NCBI GenBank assembly: GCA_964521425.1
Contig: CAZFRO010000011.1
Location: 13,534-77,533 of the forward strand
Source of the DNA: an uncultured bacterium
GTDB lineage: Bacteria; Joyebacterota; Joyebacteria; Joyebacterales; Joyebacteraceae
Reading direction: 5' to 3'
DNA length: 64,000 bases
Shown: positions 1-9,183 of the stretch, one piece after another
Numbering within the stretch: position 1 is the stretch's first letter
Layout of the letters: every line of letters begins with the position of its first letter
The notes under the pieces: generated by a model
Database searches by the model: none
What the model was told of the DNA's origin: nothing
The model's input: the letters and a program-made list of their open reading frames with translations, nothing else
Position numbers and translations under genes: made by a program

Positions 1-1101
1 TACGCCGTTCTCTATGTCAGATCCGAGGACCTTCCACGGGACGAGTACGGGGATGCGTTCACGGACACACTTGGGACGCTCCTGGCTGCTGAGACGAACG
101 ACTACGGCGCCATGATCTACAGGCAGGACGTGATGGAGAACGCGACGATCGGTGCCTACGTGGGAGTCCGGGAGGGCGACGAGACCTACAGCCGCGTCGC
201 GGCGCTGACCGGAGGCATCGACGTGTTCGACAACCTGCGTCTGACCGGGCTTGCCGCCAGAACCTCGAACTCCGATGATGCGACCGACGACGACGCGTAC
301 TCGCTGACCTGGTCGTACAATTCACCGGATATGGGCAGTGCAGGGGAGATCGAGTACATAGGAGAGGAGTTCAGTCCGGGGATCGGGTTCATTCTGCCGA
401 CCTGGCGGAGCCGCGTCGGCTTCAAGGGCCACTTCTGGAAACGTCACGAGCGTGACGGCGCACTTGTCGATCACTTCAACACGACCTGCTGGACCGGTCG
501 GTACGAGAATCTGGATGGTGAGGTCGTCGAGTACTGGGGTGGTGGGGAACTCACCGTCAGGTTCAACGACGAGACTCTCGTCGGAGTCACGGCCAACCGC
601 TCGCACGATGCCTTGAACTACGCCGACCACCCGGACAGGATGACAGGCAGCGTCTACGTTGTGACGAACAGCGTGGCCTGGACAGGCTACATCGCCTCCG
701 CTGAGTTCGGTGACTACCACGACTCGCAGCTCACACGCGGAAGAGTAGGGGGACGGCTGCAGCCGGTTGAGCCTCTGACGATGGAGTTCAATGTCAGAGC
801 CGTCTTTCTCCGTGAGTTCCGGGATGTGGACTGGTGGGTCGGCGACATGAGGACCAACTATCGCATCTCGTCGACGATGTTTCTGCGCAACATAGTGCAG
901 GGCACGCATTTCAGACAGGGGAGTGACGGAGACGACGTTACGCACAGCCGGTACGACCTGAGCCTTCTCTACGGGTGGGAATTCAGCCCCGGCAGCATGC
1001 TCTATGTCGCGTACGATCAGGCGCTTGTTGACGACGGCGGCGAGGCCGAAATCCTCGAGCCCGTCATCACGATCAAGACCTCCTATCTATTCGCGCTATA
1101 G
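1..1101 (+). CDS. Hypothetical protein, 5' partial. The reading frame is open from position 1, so the listed Met at 112 is internal. Possibly outer-membrane associated (C-terminus ...TIKTSYLFAL).
   Basis: In-frame translation from nt 1 has no stop before the ORF at 112..1101. The protein is Asp/Gly/Tyr/Trp-rich with a beta-strand-like character. No recognisable catalytic motif. Confidence 0.4.
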   Translation, partial: YAVLYVRSEDLPRDEYGDAFTDTLGTLLAAETNDYGAMIYRQDVMENATIGAYVGVREGDETYSRVAALTGGIDVFDNLRLTGLAARTSNSDDATDDDAYSLTWSYNSPDMGSAGEIEYIGEEFSPGIGFILPTWRSRVGFKGHFWKRHERDGALVDHFNTTCWTGRYENLDGEVVEYWGGGELTVRFNDETLVGVTANRSHDALNYADHPDRMTGSVYVVTNSVAWTGYIASAEFGDYHDSQLTRGRVGGRLQPVEPLTMEFNVRAVFLREFRDVDWWVGDMRTNYRISSTMFLRNIVQGTHFRQGSDGDDVTHSRYDLSLLYGWEFSPGSMLYVAYDQALVDDGGEAEILEPVITIKTSYLFAL

Positions 1102-1181
1102 CGCGGGGGAGGGCACTGTTGTATAGTCGCATACTGACGCGAAATCGTACATCTGGCTTGCGCTCCAGGGAGAGCATACGG

Positions 1182-2564
1182 ATGGTGAGGCCTCAGTCGC
1201 TTGCTCGCATGATCGTCCTTGCTCTTATGCTGATCCTGCCACAGGGCCGTGTCGCGGCCGAATCGATCACAATGCGGCAGGCGGTCGAGCTGGCCAGGCA
1301 GAACAACCTCGCGGTCAGGGCGGCCTCCGAGGATCATCAGGCGGCTCTCTGGGGAGTCAGGAGCGCCCGGGCGTCTCTGTTTCCCTCAATCAGCTTCAGT
1401 TCCTCGGCGCGTCGCGTCGACCCCGATACATACGACCGTGCCAATGCGTCTCTCGACTTCCTGGAGGAGATGGGGATCGAGGTCGAGCCGTTCATGTACG
1501 AGACGACCTACGAAACGGGTTTCAGTGCGTCGGTCCCTCTGTTTAACGGAGGAAGGCTGTGGGGAGGTGTCGGACTCGCCGGCGCTGCCCGAGATGCGGC
1601 CCTCCACTCGCTTGAGTCCACGGTACGCGCGATTGAGGTTGTGGCGAAGGAGTCCTACCTGAATGTGCTCCGGACGCAGGCGCTTCTGGGAGTTGCGAGC
1701 GACGCAGCATCCGCTTCTGAGAAGAGAGTTGAGACTGCCGGGCGGGAGGTCGAGGTCGGCATCTCAGACAGGTCAGAGCTGCTACAGTGGGAGGCTCAGC
1801 TTGCCGAGGACAGGATGCTCCTCGTTGACGCGGAGAACTCGGTCGTGCTCGCTCGCATGCAGTTGGCTAACGTTCTCGGGCTGCCGCTCGATGCGGATCT
1901 CGAACCACAGGACGTCTCACGACTCGAACTCAAGGCGCGCACCGGTCGTTTCATTGGTCTCATTGGTGAGAGCCTGATGAGCGAAGATGAGGCGCGGAGG
2001 CTTCTGGCGCTGAACCCCGATTTCCTCGCTCCGGGGGACGCCGCGAGAATCAGCGCCTGCGGTGTGACGATCGCGCGCGGCGCCTTCCTCCCATCGCTGA
2101 ATGCGCAGGGCGCCTACGGCTGGAAAGCCGACGGCGACATCAAGCCGGACAACGAGGTTGCCTGGTCAATGACGATGTTCCTGGAGGTCCCCGTCTTCAC
2201 GAGCTTCAGGAACCTATCAGACTATCAGATGAGCCGGCGCTCGCACCTCGCAGCCGTCAGGATGAAGGAAGACGCCGAGCGTCAGATGATCGTCGGCTTC
2301 CGAGCCGCTGCGGCAACGCTCAAGTCGCGGCTCAAAGGCCTCGATGCCGCCGAGAGATTCGTCGCACTGTCGGGTGAACACTTCAGCAGCACGGAGAACA
2401 TGTTCGATCAGGGAATGGTCTCAGGCAACGATCTCATCGATGCCCGGATCGCATACGACAGAAGCAGGGTCGGGTATATCAACGCGCTCTACGACTGCTT
2501 CATCAGCCTGGCGGAGCTGGAGCAGCTCCTGGGCGAGTCGCCCGCAGTAGAGAGGACACAATGA
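1182..2564 (+). CDS. Outer membrane efflux protein (TolC-like OMF). An alternative TTG start lies at 1119.
   Basis: Signal peptide MVRPQSLARMIVLALMLILPQGRVAAE. N-terminal motif RQAVELARQNNLAVRAASEDHQAALWGVRSARASLFPSIS is typical of the TolC/OEP family. Ends 4 nt into the downstream MFP gene. Confidence 0.8.
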   Translation: MVRPQSLARMIVLALMLILPQGRVAAESITMRQAVELARQNNLAVRAASEDHQAALWGVRSARASLFPSISFSSSARRVDPDTYDRANASLDFLEEMGIEVEPFMYETTYETGFSASVPLFNGGRLWGGVGLAGAARDAALHSLESTVRAIEVVAKESYLNVLRTQALLGVASDAASASEKRVETAGREVEVGISDRSELLQWEAQLAEDRMLLVDAENSVVLARMQLANVLGLPLDADLEPQDVSRLELKARTGRFIGLIGESLMSEDEARRLLALNPDFLAPGDAARISACGVTIARGAFLPSLNAQGAYGWKADGDIKPDNEVAWSMTMFLEVPVFTSFRNLSDYQMSRRSHLAAVRMKEDAERQMIVGFRAAAATLKSRLKGLDAAERFVALSGEHFSSTENMFDQGMVSGNDLIDARIAYDRSRVGYINALYDCFISLAELEQLLGESPAVERTQ

Positions 2565-3640
2565 AGAGACTCATGGCAGTTGTTCCCGTGATCGCACTCG
2601 TGATCGCCGGATGCGGCCGCCCGGGTGAAGGCTCTGATGAGTCCAGGCGCCCGGCGCCGGTTCCCGTGGAGGTGACCGCGATCGAACGCAGCAGCATCAC
2701 GGCGTTCGTACGCGGAACCGGGACGATCACGGCACGCGATGATGTCCTAGTGGCTGCTGAGGCAGGGGGGCGTGTCGTCGGCATTCCTGTTGTCGTCGGT
2801 GACGATGTGGAGGTGGGTGGTGTGCTTGTCGTGCTCGATGATGAGCTGCCGGCGCTGGCTGTGAAGCAGGCTGAGGCTCAGCTCCTGATGGCCGAGGCCG
2901 ATCTGAGGGATGCCGAGGCCGGATTCAAGCGAGCGACCTATCTCTGGAAGAGCGGGGACATCTCGGACGCGGACTACGAGGCGATCGAAACGAGGGCGAT
3001 AGCAGCGCGCGGCCTTCACATGACCGCGGAGGCGGCTCTGGCCGGTTCCGCGCGGCAGCTGAGGGATACGCTTGTGACCTCACCGATCGCGGGCACGGTT
3101 GCGTTCGTTCACGTTGAGAAGGGGCAGCTGGTAGCTCCGGGCACCCCGGTCGTCCACGTCATCAACGATGCCGAACTCGAGGTGGATCTTGGTATCGCAG
3201 AAGAGGATGTCGTGAATGTGAAGCCGGGAGCCCGAGCGGAGATCGAGGTTCGGCCGCTGCCCGGCGAGATCTTCAGAGGCAGGGTGGAATACGTGGGACC
3301 TCGCGCCGACGACCTTTCGAAGACCTATCCCTTGAGAGTCACAATCAGAAACCGAGACGGCGCACTCCGCGCCGGAATGGTCGCGGATGTCAGCGTTGCG
3401 GCTCACGTGATGCGTGATGTCATAGTGATCGAGCGTGACTGGGCGTTCGACCGGTACGGCGAACAGGCCGTCTTCGTGGCTGTGGATTCAGTGGCCGTCC
3501 AGAGGAAGGTAACACTGGGGCGTGTCGTGGGTGCCCGCGTGGTCGTGCTTACCGGACTGGAGTCCGGGGACAGACTGGTCACGCTGGGACTGAGTCAGCT
3601 GAGCGACGGTGCGCGTATCGGGATCAAGACTGAGCATTAG
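2561..3640 (+). CDS. RND efflux periplasmic adaptor (membrane fusion protein, HlyD family); lipoprotein.
   Basis: Lipobox VIALVIAGCG. Coiled-coil and biotinyl-lipoyl-like segments typical of MFPs. ATGA overlap with the upstream OMF gene, and the RND pump follows. Confidence 0.85.
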   Translation: MKRLMAVVPVIALVIAGCGRPGEGSDESRRPAPVPVEVTAIERSSITAFVRGTGTITARDDVLVAAEAGGRVVGIPVVVGDDVEVGGVLVVLDDELPALAVKQAEAQLLMAEADLRDAEAGFKRATYLWKSGDISDADYEAIETRAIAARGLHMTAEAALAGSARQLRDTLVTSPIAGTVAFVHVEKGQLVAPGTPVVHVINDAELEVDLGIAEEDVVNVKPGARAEIEVRPLPGEIFRGRVEYVGPRADDLSKTYPLRVTIRNRDGALRAGMVADVSVAAHVMRDVIVIERDWAFDRYGEQAVFVAVDSVAVQRKVTLGRVVGARVVVLTGLESGDRLVTLGLSQLSDGARIGIKTEH

Positions 3641-3661
3641 ATTGGCCGGGGGAGATTCAAG

Positions 3662-6600
3662 ATGACGCTAGGGGAGTTCTCCGTAAGGCAGCCTGTGCTG
3701 GTGAATCTCGTGATGATCGGGGTTCTCCTGATAGGGTTCTTCACGTTCTTCAGCATGCCTGCGGAACTCATGCCGAACGTCAGCATGGATGAGGCGGTCG
3801 TCTGGGTGGCCTACCCCGGGGTTGCGCCCGAGGAGATCGAGACCCTCGTGACGAAACCGCTCGAGGATGAGATTGACAACGTTGAAGATGTGGATCATGT
3901 GGTCTGCCGTTCCAGCGAGAGTCGTTGCGTGATCGCTGTCGCATTCACTCCCGGGCTTTCGGACGACGAGTTTGACAAGCGGATTCTCGACCTCAGATCG
4001 GCGGTGTCCGCCGCCGGATCCGCACTGCCGGATGACATCACCGACCCCGTTGTCATCCCTATCAAGATGGGCGAAGTAGCGCCCATCATGTCGATAAGCA
4101 TTGGTGGACCGGAAAGCGAGACCCTGCTTCGAGAGGTCGCCGAGGATCTCAGCGAGGAGTTGCTGGATCTCAAGCACATCGCTGATGTCGACATCGTTGG
4201 AGAGCAGGAACGCGAGATACGCGTCGAACTCGATGCCGCGCGACTGAAGGCGTACGGAGTTCCCATCGGCAGCGTTGTCGCTTCGCTGTCGGCCCGCAAC
4301 CTCAATGTCCCCGGGGGGACGCTCGATGCAGGTGATTCCGAGTATATCGTCCGCGCGATAGGGGAGTTCGAGTCGCTTGAGGACATCGCGAACCACGTTG
4401 TGCTCTCCGATCCCTTTGGGCGTCAGATCCGAATCCGCGATCTCGGTGCGGTGCGCGACACCCTTGCCGACAACCTCACGCTGGCTCGCCTCAACGGCGA
4501 GCGGAGCGTCACACTCTGGGTGATGAAGGAGGACGACGGCAGCGTAGTCAAGGTCGCTGCAAAGGCGCGGGACCTCGTGGCGGAGTTTGATTCCAGAGTC
4601 ACGGAGGACGTGAGCTTTGAGATCAGAAACGATGCGTCGACCGTCGTGGAGGACTCCCTCGCGGTTCTCAAACGAAACGGCGCGTTCGGCATCCTGCTTG
4701 TGGCCCTGACGCTCTTCATCTTCATCGGGGCCCGCAACGCGCTTCTCGCATGCATAGGCATCCCGTTCAGCTTCTTCGGCGCGTTCATTCTCATGAACGC
4801 GGTCGGCATGAGCATAAACACGCTTTCGCTCTTCTCTCTTGTGCTCGTTCTAGGGATGCTTGTCGACGATGCCATCATCGTCATCGAGAATATCTATCGT
4901 CACATGGAGATGGGCAAACCACCACGTGAAGCGGCCATCATCGGGGTTCAGGAGGTACAGGCCCCGGTCACGGCCGCTGTTCTGACTACGGTCGCGGCGT
5001 TCCTTCCGCTTCTGCTCATGAGCGGAACCTGGGGCAAGTTCATGGCGGTGATTCCGAAGACCGTCACGTTCGCGCTTCTTGTCTCTCTGATCGAGGCTCT
5101 GTTCATACTGCCGTCGCACATGGCGGACTTCAGCCGCGTCTCCCGCAGACAGAACACGTACCATCCGCTGTTCCTGACGCTTACGCGGAGATACGAGGTT
5201 GCGCTGAGGCACGTGCTGCGCAGGCGCTACCTCGCCGTTCTTGCCATCATCGTGCTGGCCGTGATAGCCATTGGTCTCGCGACCACTCTCGATGTCAGGA
5301 TCTTTGAGGACGAAGACATCAACCAGATCGAGGTCAGAGCCCAGATGAAGGTGGGGATGCGGCTCGAGGAGACAGACATCGCCGCCAGGAGGCTCGAGGC
5401 CATAGTCGCCTCGCTTCCTGCGGACGAACTTGAGGCGGTCGTCACGCGTGTCGGCTTCATGATCATGAACTACCGGGGCGAGCTGGCGTCCAACAACATG
5501 CAGATCAACGTCGATCTTGTGGACGCGGACTCGCGCCAGCGCTCTGACGTTGAGATCATGGATGCGCTCAGGAGCGAGATGTCGGAGGTCCCCGGCCTGA
5601 CATGGCTCTCACTGTCGAAACCTGTACACGGCCCCCCGACCGGCATGCCGGTCGAGGTCCGCATCAAGGGTGACGACCTCGATGTCTTGAAGGTGATAGC
5701 AGCCCAGATCAGGGTGAAGCTTGCGGAGTACCCCGGTGTCGTCGACATTGATGACAACGCCAATCCGGGGAAGTCCGAACTCAGGGTCACCGTCGACCAG
5801 GAGCGCGCATCGCTCTACGGGCTTACGGTCACGAGCATAGCCTCGGCGCTTAGGATCGGTTTCGAGGGCGTTGAGGCGACGAAATACAGAGGCGGTGGCG
5901 GCGACGAGGTCGATGTCGTTGTCCGGCTCAGGGAGCGGGATCGCGTCAACATGGATGACCTGAAGCGACTTCCGATCTCGACCAGCAGCGGAGTTGCCAT
6001 ACCACTCAGCAATGTCGCCCGGCTGACGATCGATGAGGCTCCGGCGGAACTGCACCGTCGAAACGGGGAACGCGTCGTCACAGTCACCGCCGGCGTGGAC
6101 GAGAACACGACTTCGACCGAGGTAAACCGCTTCCTGCAGACTGAGTTCTCCGATATCTCCGTCATGTACCCGGGCTATCGGCTTGACTTCGGAGGTGAGT
6201 TCCAGGCGACGCAGGAGTCGTTCGCGTCGCTGTTCCTGGCGTTCTTCGTGGCAATCCTCCTCATCTACGCGATTCTGGGTACGGAGTTTCAGTCGTTCAT
6301 CCAACCGCTTGTCATCATGTTCACGGTCCCCTTTGCCTTCATCGGTGTCGTTATCGGTCTTCTGGTCATGCGCTTCCCGCTGACCTTGACCGCCGGAATC
6401 GCCGTCGTCGCACTGGCCGGAGTCGTTGTCAACGACTCGATCGTTCTCGTGGATTTCATCAAGAACTCGCGTCTGAAAGGCGTGGATCGATGGGAGTCGG
6501 TCGTGAAGGCGGGGTGCATGAGGCTGCGCCCGATCCTCCTGACCTCGATCACAACCATCTTCGGAATCCTGCCTCTGGCGATGGGCTGGGGTGGCTCGTC

Positions 6601-6841
6601 CGAGAGCTGGGGGCCGATGGCCTCCTCGATTGCGTGGGGGCTGGCCTTTGCGACGGTTCTGACGCTCTTCGTGATTCCGGCTCTCTACTCGATCGTGGAT
6701 GATATCCGTGCGCGCTTCGGCAAGCTCCACGTCCCCGGCGGCAAGTCCCCAGAACTCACGCCCCACGTGGCGGAGGAGTTGGGTCGGTTGAAGCGGGGCG
6801 CAGCGCTATCGTCCAACGCGGATGAATCGGAGAGAGCATGA
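3662..6841 (+). CDS. Efflux RND transporter permease subunit (AcrB/CzcA superfamily).
   Basis: 1059 aa with 12 predicted TM segments in two 6-TM halves flanking large periplasmic loops. Conserved RND signatures are present (GMLVDDAIIVIENIYRH, VVNDSIVLVDFI). Confidence 0.9.
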   Translation: MTLGEFSVRQPVLVNLVMIGVLLIGFFTFFSMPAELMPNVSMDEAVVWVAYPGVAPEEIETLVTKPLEDEIDNVEDVDHVVCRSSESRCVIAVAFTPGLSDDEFDKRILDLRSAVSAAGSALPDDITDPVVIPIKMGEVAPIMSISIGGPESETLLREVAEDLSEELLDLKHIADVDIVGEQEREIRVELDAARLKAYGVPIGSVVASLSARNLNVPGGTLDAGDSEYIVRAIGEFESLEDIANHVVLSDPFGRQIRIRDLGAVRDTLADNLTLARLNGERSVTLWVMKEDDGSVVKVAAKARDLVAEFDSRVTEDVSFEIRNDASTVVEDSLAVLKRNGAFGILLVALTLFIFIGARNALLACIGIPFSFFGAFILMNAVGMSINTLSLFSLVLVLGMLVDDAIIVIENIYRHMEMGKPPREAAIIGVQEVQAPVTAAVLTTVAAFLPLLLMSGTWGKFMAVIPKTVTFALLVSLIEALFILPSHMADFSRVSRRQNTYHPLFLTLTRRYEVALRHVLRRRYLAVLAIIVLAVIAIGLATTLDVRIFEDEDINQIEVRAQMKVGMRLEETDIAARRLEAIVASLPADELEAVVTRVGFMIMNYRGELASNNMQINVDLVDADSRQRSDVEIMDALRSEMSEVPGLTWLSLSKPVHGPPTGMPVEVRIKGDDLDVLKVIAAQIRVKLAEYPGVVDIDDNANPGKSELRVTVDQERASLYGLTVTSIASALRIGFEGVEATKYRGGGGDEVDVVVRLRERDRVNMDDLKRLPISTSSGVAIPLSNVARLTIDEAPAELHRRNGERVVTVTAGVDENTTSTEVNRFLQTEFSDISVMYPGYRLDFGGEFQATQESFASLFLAFFVAILLIYAILGTEFQSFIQPLVIMFTVPFAFIGVVIGLLVMRFPLTLTAGIAVVALAGVVVNDSIVLVDFIKNSRLKGVDRWESVVKAGCMRLRPILLTSITTIFGILPLAMGWGGSSESWGPMASSIAWGLAFATVLTLFVIPALYSIVDDIRARFGKLHVPGGKSPELTPHVAEELGRLKRGAALSSNADESERA

Positions 6842-6875
6842 GCGAGACTTCCCCAGTGAGTGAATCGGAGAGAAC

Positions 6876-7808
6876 GTGAGTGAGACTTTCCCGACAGTGA
6901 CCGGCAGAGTACTAGCCTGCTTCCATGACGAGTGGGAGGTCGCCCTGAGCGGTGGCGACGTCATCCGCTGCCGTATCCGGGGAAAGCAATTCACGAAACT
7001 CCCGGACGGGCGGAAGCCCGTGGTTCCGGGAGACCTGGTCGAACTCAGCCTCCTGAGAGACGGCTCGGGCGTCATCGAACGCGCGCTTCCGAGGGAGACC
7101 GTCCTCTCCAGACTGCTTCCCGGGAGACGCAGGCCGGCCGAGCAGATCATCATCTCGAACGTGAAGCAGCTCGTGACCGTGGCATCCCTTGGGGCTCCGA
7201 GCCTCAACAGGCGCCTGCTGGATCGGTTCCTGATTATCTCGGAGGTGGCCGAGTTGCACTCGGTCGTTGTGTTCAACAAGACAGACCTCGTTCCCGAGAA
7301 GGAGTGGCGTCCGGCTGCTGCGGCCTACGAGGACGCAGGCTACGAGGTGATTCCCACGTCAGCCACGAAGGGCACGAATGTCGACAGGCTCGCGTCGGTG
7401 CTTGCAGGTACATTCTCCGTTCTTGCGGGTCCGAGCGGAGCGGGGAAGAGCTCACTTCTGAACATCATCAGACCCGGGCTTGGTCTCAGAGTGAAGGAAG
7501 TAAGCAGGAAGAGTGGAAAGGGCAAGCACGCGACGACCAACGTGACCGTATTTCGTATGGGTGATGAAACGCTCGTCGCCGACACCCCAGGCTTCCGCGA
7601 GCTAGGCTTCTGGAAGATACGTCCTAGCGAGCTGGACTACCTGTTTCCGGAGTTCCGTGATCACATCGCGAGGTGTCGTTTCAGAGGATGCAGTCATTCG
7701 CATGAGCCCGATTGTGCCATCAAGGAAGCCGTGGAGACCGGGGCACTGAACGCCGCGCGCTACGACAGTTATCTGAGGCTTCTCAAGGAACTGAAGGAGG
7801 GAGCGTAG
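6876..7808 (+). CDS. rsgA: Ribosome small-subunit-dependent GTPase A (RsgA/YjeQ).
   Basis: Circularly permuted GTPase motifs: VVFNKTDL, LAGPSGAGKSSLLN, DTPGF. C-terminal zinc finger CRFRGCSHSHEPDCAIKEAV. Confidence 0.9.
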   Translation: MSETFPTVTGRVLACFHDEWEVALSGGDVIRCRIRGKQFTKLPDGRKPVVPGDLVELSLLRDGSGVIERALPRETVLSRLLPGRRRPAEQIIISNVKQLVTVASLGAPSLNRRLLDRFLIISEVAELHSVVVFNKTDLVPEKEWRPAAAAYEDAGYEVIPTSATKGTNVDRLASVLAGTFSVLAGPSGAGKSSLLNIIRPGLGLRVKEVSRKSGKGKHATTNVTVFRMGDETLVADTPGFRELGFWKIRPSELDYLFPEFRDHIARCRFRGCSHSHEPDCAIKEAVETGALNAARYDSYLRLLKELKEGA

Positions 7809-7888
7809 GCCCTCGCAGGTCCACGCCTGACTCCACGGGCGCCCAATGCCCGACCACGGCGCGCCGCTCGCAGTGAGGAGGTGCTAGA

Positions 7889-9109
7889 TTGCAGGTCGTT
7901 CTCTATGAAGATGCCGGTACCAAGTGGTTTGGTCCGCTCACGCTTCTCCGGCCGGTCTTCGATCTGAGATGTGGATCGCTGCTCTTGAGGGAGAAACTCG
8001 AGGTCAGGAGGCCCGGTTGGGCGGTCAGTCTGCTTCCACGCCGGGAGCTTGCTCCACTGGTATCGGAGCTCTATCCGGGGCGAGGCATTGACGGTCTTCA
8101 GGATTCAGACGTACTGCTTCTGTCCGCTCGTGTGATCGTTACCGACGAGCTTCTGGCCGCCATCGAGGCCGAGTCGGCTGAAGCTCTTTTGACATCCGGC
8201 GGCGAGCCTGTCGGAGCGCTCCTCCGCGGAGGAACTGCTGAGAGAGTACGCGCGGTGGGTGAGGCGAACGGAGATCTGGGTGTGCTCGACATACCACTGT
8301 CTCGTGAGCTACCGGCCCGCGTGGTCTGTTACCCGTGGGAACTCGTGCGATTGACGGCCGAGGAGATAGAGGCTGACGCTGCGGTCTCAGGACGTTTGGG
8401 GACCATGGAGGGAGAGGTTCATCCTTCAGCACAGCTGATTGAGCCGGCCAGGATCTCGATAGGAGAGGGAAGCACGCTCGGTCCGGGAGTCGTGATTGAC
8501 GCGCGAACCGGTGCGGTCGTTGTGGACGCGAACGTCGAGGTGATGGCCAACGCTGTGATACTGGGACCCGCTTTCGTGGGCGCCGGATCTTCCATGAAGG
8601 TGGGCGCCAGGATCTACCCGGGCACGTCAATCGGCAGATCGTGCAAGGTGGGAGGTGAGGTGGAGGGATCGGTGCTTCATTCGTTCACGAACAAGCAGCA
8701 CGAGGGGTTTCTCGGTCACGCCTACCTTGGAAGCTGGGTCAACATCGGCGCCGCGACGGATAACAGCGACCTCAAGAATAACTACGGCGCCGTTCGGGTC
8801 GAACTGAACGGTGAGACCGTCGACACCGGACACACATCCGTCGGTGCGACGATCGGCGATCACACCAAGACCGCCATCGGGACGAAGCTGAACACCGGTA
8901 CTGTGATAGGCGTCTTCTGCAACGTGGTGAGCAACGGCTTCGCGCCGAAGTCCATTCCCTCTTTCTCTTGGGGGAACGGGGACGGCTTCGTCGAACACGA
9001 CATCGAGCGGGCGATCGCGACCGCCCGCATCGTCATGGCGCGACGCGGCGTGGACCTGACGGGGACGGAAGAGGCCGCCATCCGCGATGTTCACCGAAGA
9101 CGAAGATAA
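7889..9109 (+). CDS. Putative sugar nucleotidyltransferase/acyltransferase with a left-handed beta-helix (GlmU-like alternative family, TIGR03991-like).
   Basis: N-terminus MQVVLYEDAGTKWFGPLTLLRPVFDLRCGSLLLREKLE resembles the conserved N-terminus of the alternative GlmU-like family. C-terminal hexapeptide repeats (ARIYPGTSIGRSCKVGGEVEGSVL...). Confidence 0.6.
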   Translation: MQVVLYEDAGTKWFGPLTLLRPVFDLRCGSLLLREKLEVRRPGWAVSLLPRRELAPLVSELYPGRGIDGLQDSDVLLLSARVIVTDELLAAIEAESAEALLTSGGEPVGALLRGGTAERVRAVGEANGDLGVLDIPLSRELPARVVCYPWELVRLTAEEIEADAAVSGRLGTMEGEVHPSAQLIEPARISIGEGSTLGPGVVIDARTGAVVVDANVEVMANAVILGPAFVGAGSSMKVGARIYPGTSIGRSCKVGGEVEGSVLHSFTNKQHEGFLGHAYLGSWVNIGAATDNSDLKNNYGAVRVELNGETVDTGHTSVGATIGDHTKTAIGTKLNTGTVIGVFCNVVSNGFAPKSIPSFSWGNGDGFVEHDIERAIATARIVMARRGVDLTGTEEAAIRDVHRRRR

Positions 9110-9116
9110 GGGAACC

Positions 9117-9150
9117 CCCCGCCTGTGCTGGAGACGGGGGGTCGGGGGGG
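9117..9150. terminator. GC-rich hairpin between convergent genes; putative bidirectional terminator.
   Basis: ccccccg-N13-cgggggg inverted repeat lying between the stop at 9109 (+) and the stop at 9184 (-). Confidence 0.35.
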
Positions 9151-9183
9151 GGACAGAGCGAATTACTCGCTCCGGCCGCACTA

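Noticed and set aside
5609-6766. 385-aa minus-strand ORF inside the RND permease gene, and many similar long antisense or offset ORFs (for example 322..945 -, 16433..17368 -, 19782..20843 -, 25989..26678 -, 34753..35610 -, 40764..41534 +, 56116..57720 -, 60070..61164 -, 58143..58925 -).
   Set aside because: High-GC genomes generate long stop-free antisense frames. These are Arg/Asp/Gly/Pro-rich, lack motifs, and lie entirely within well-supported genes on the opposite strand or in an offset frame.
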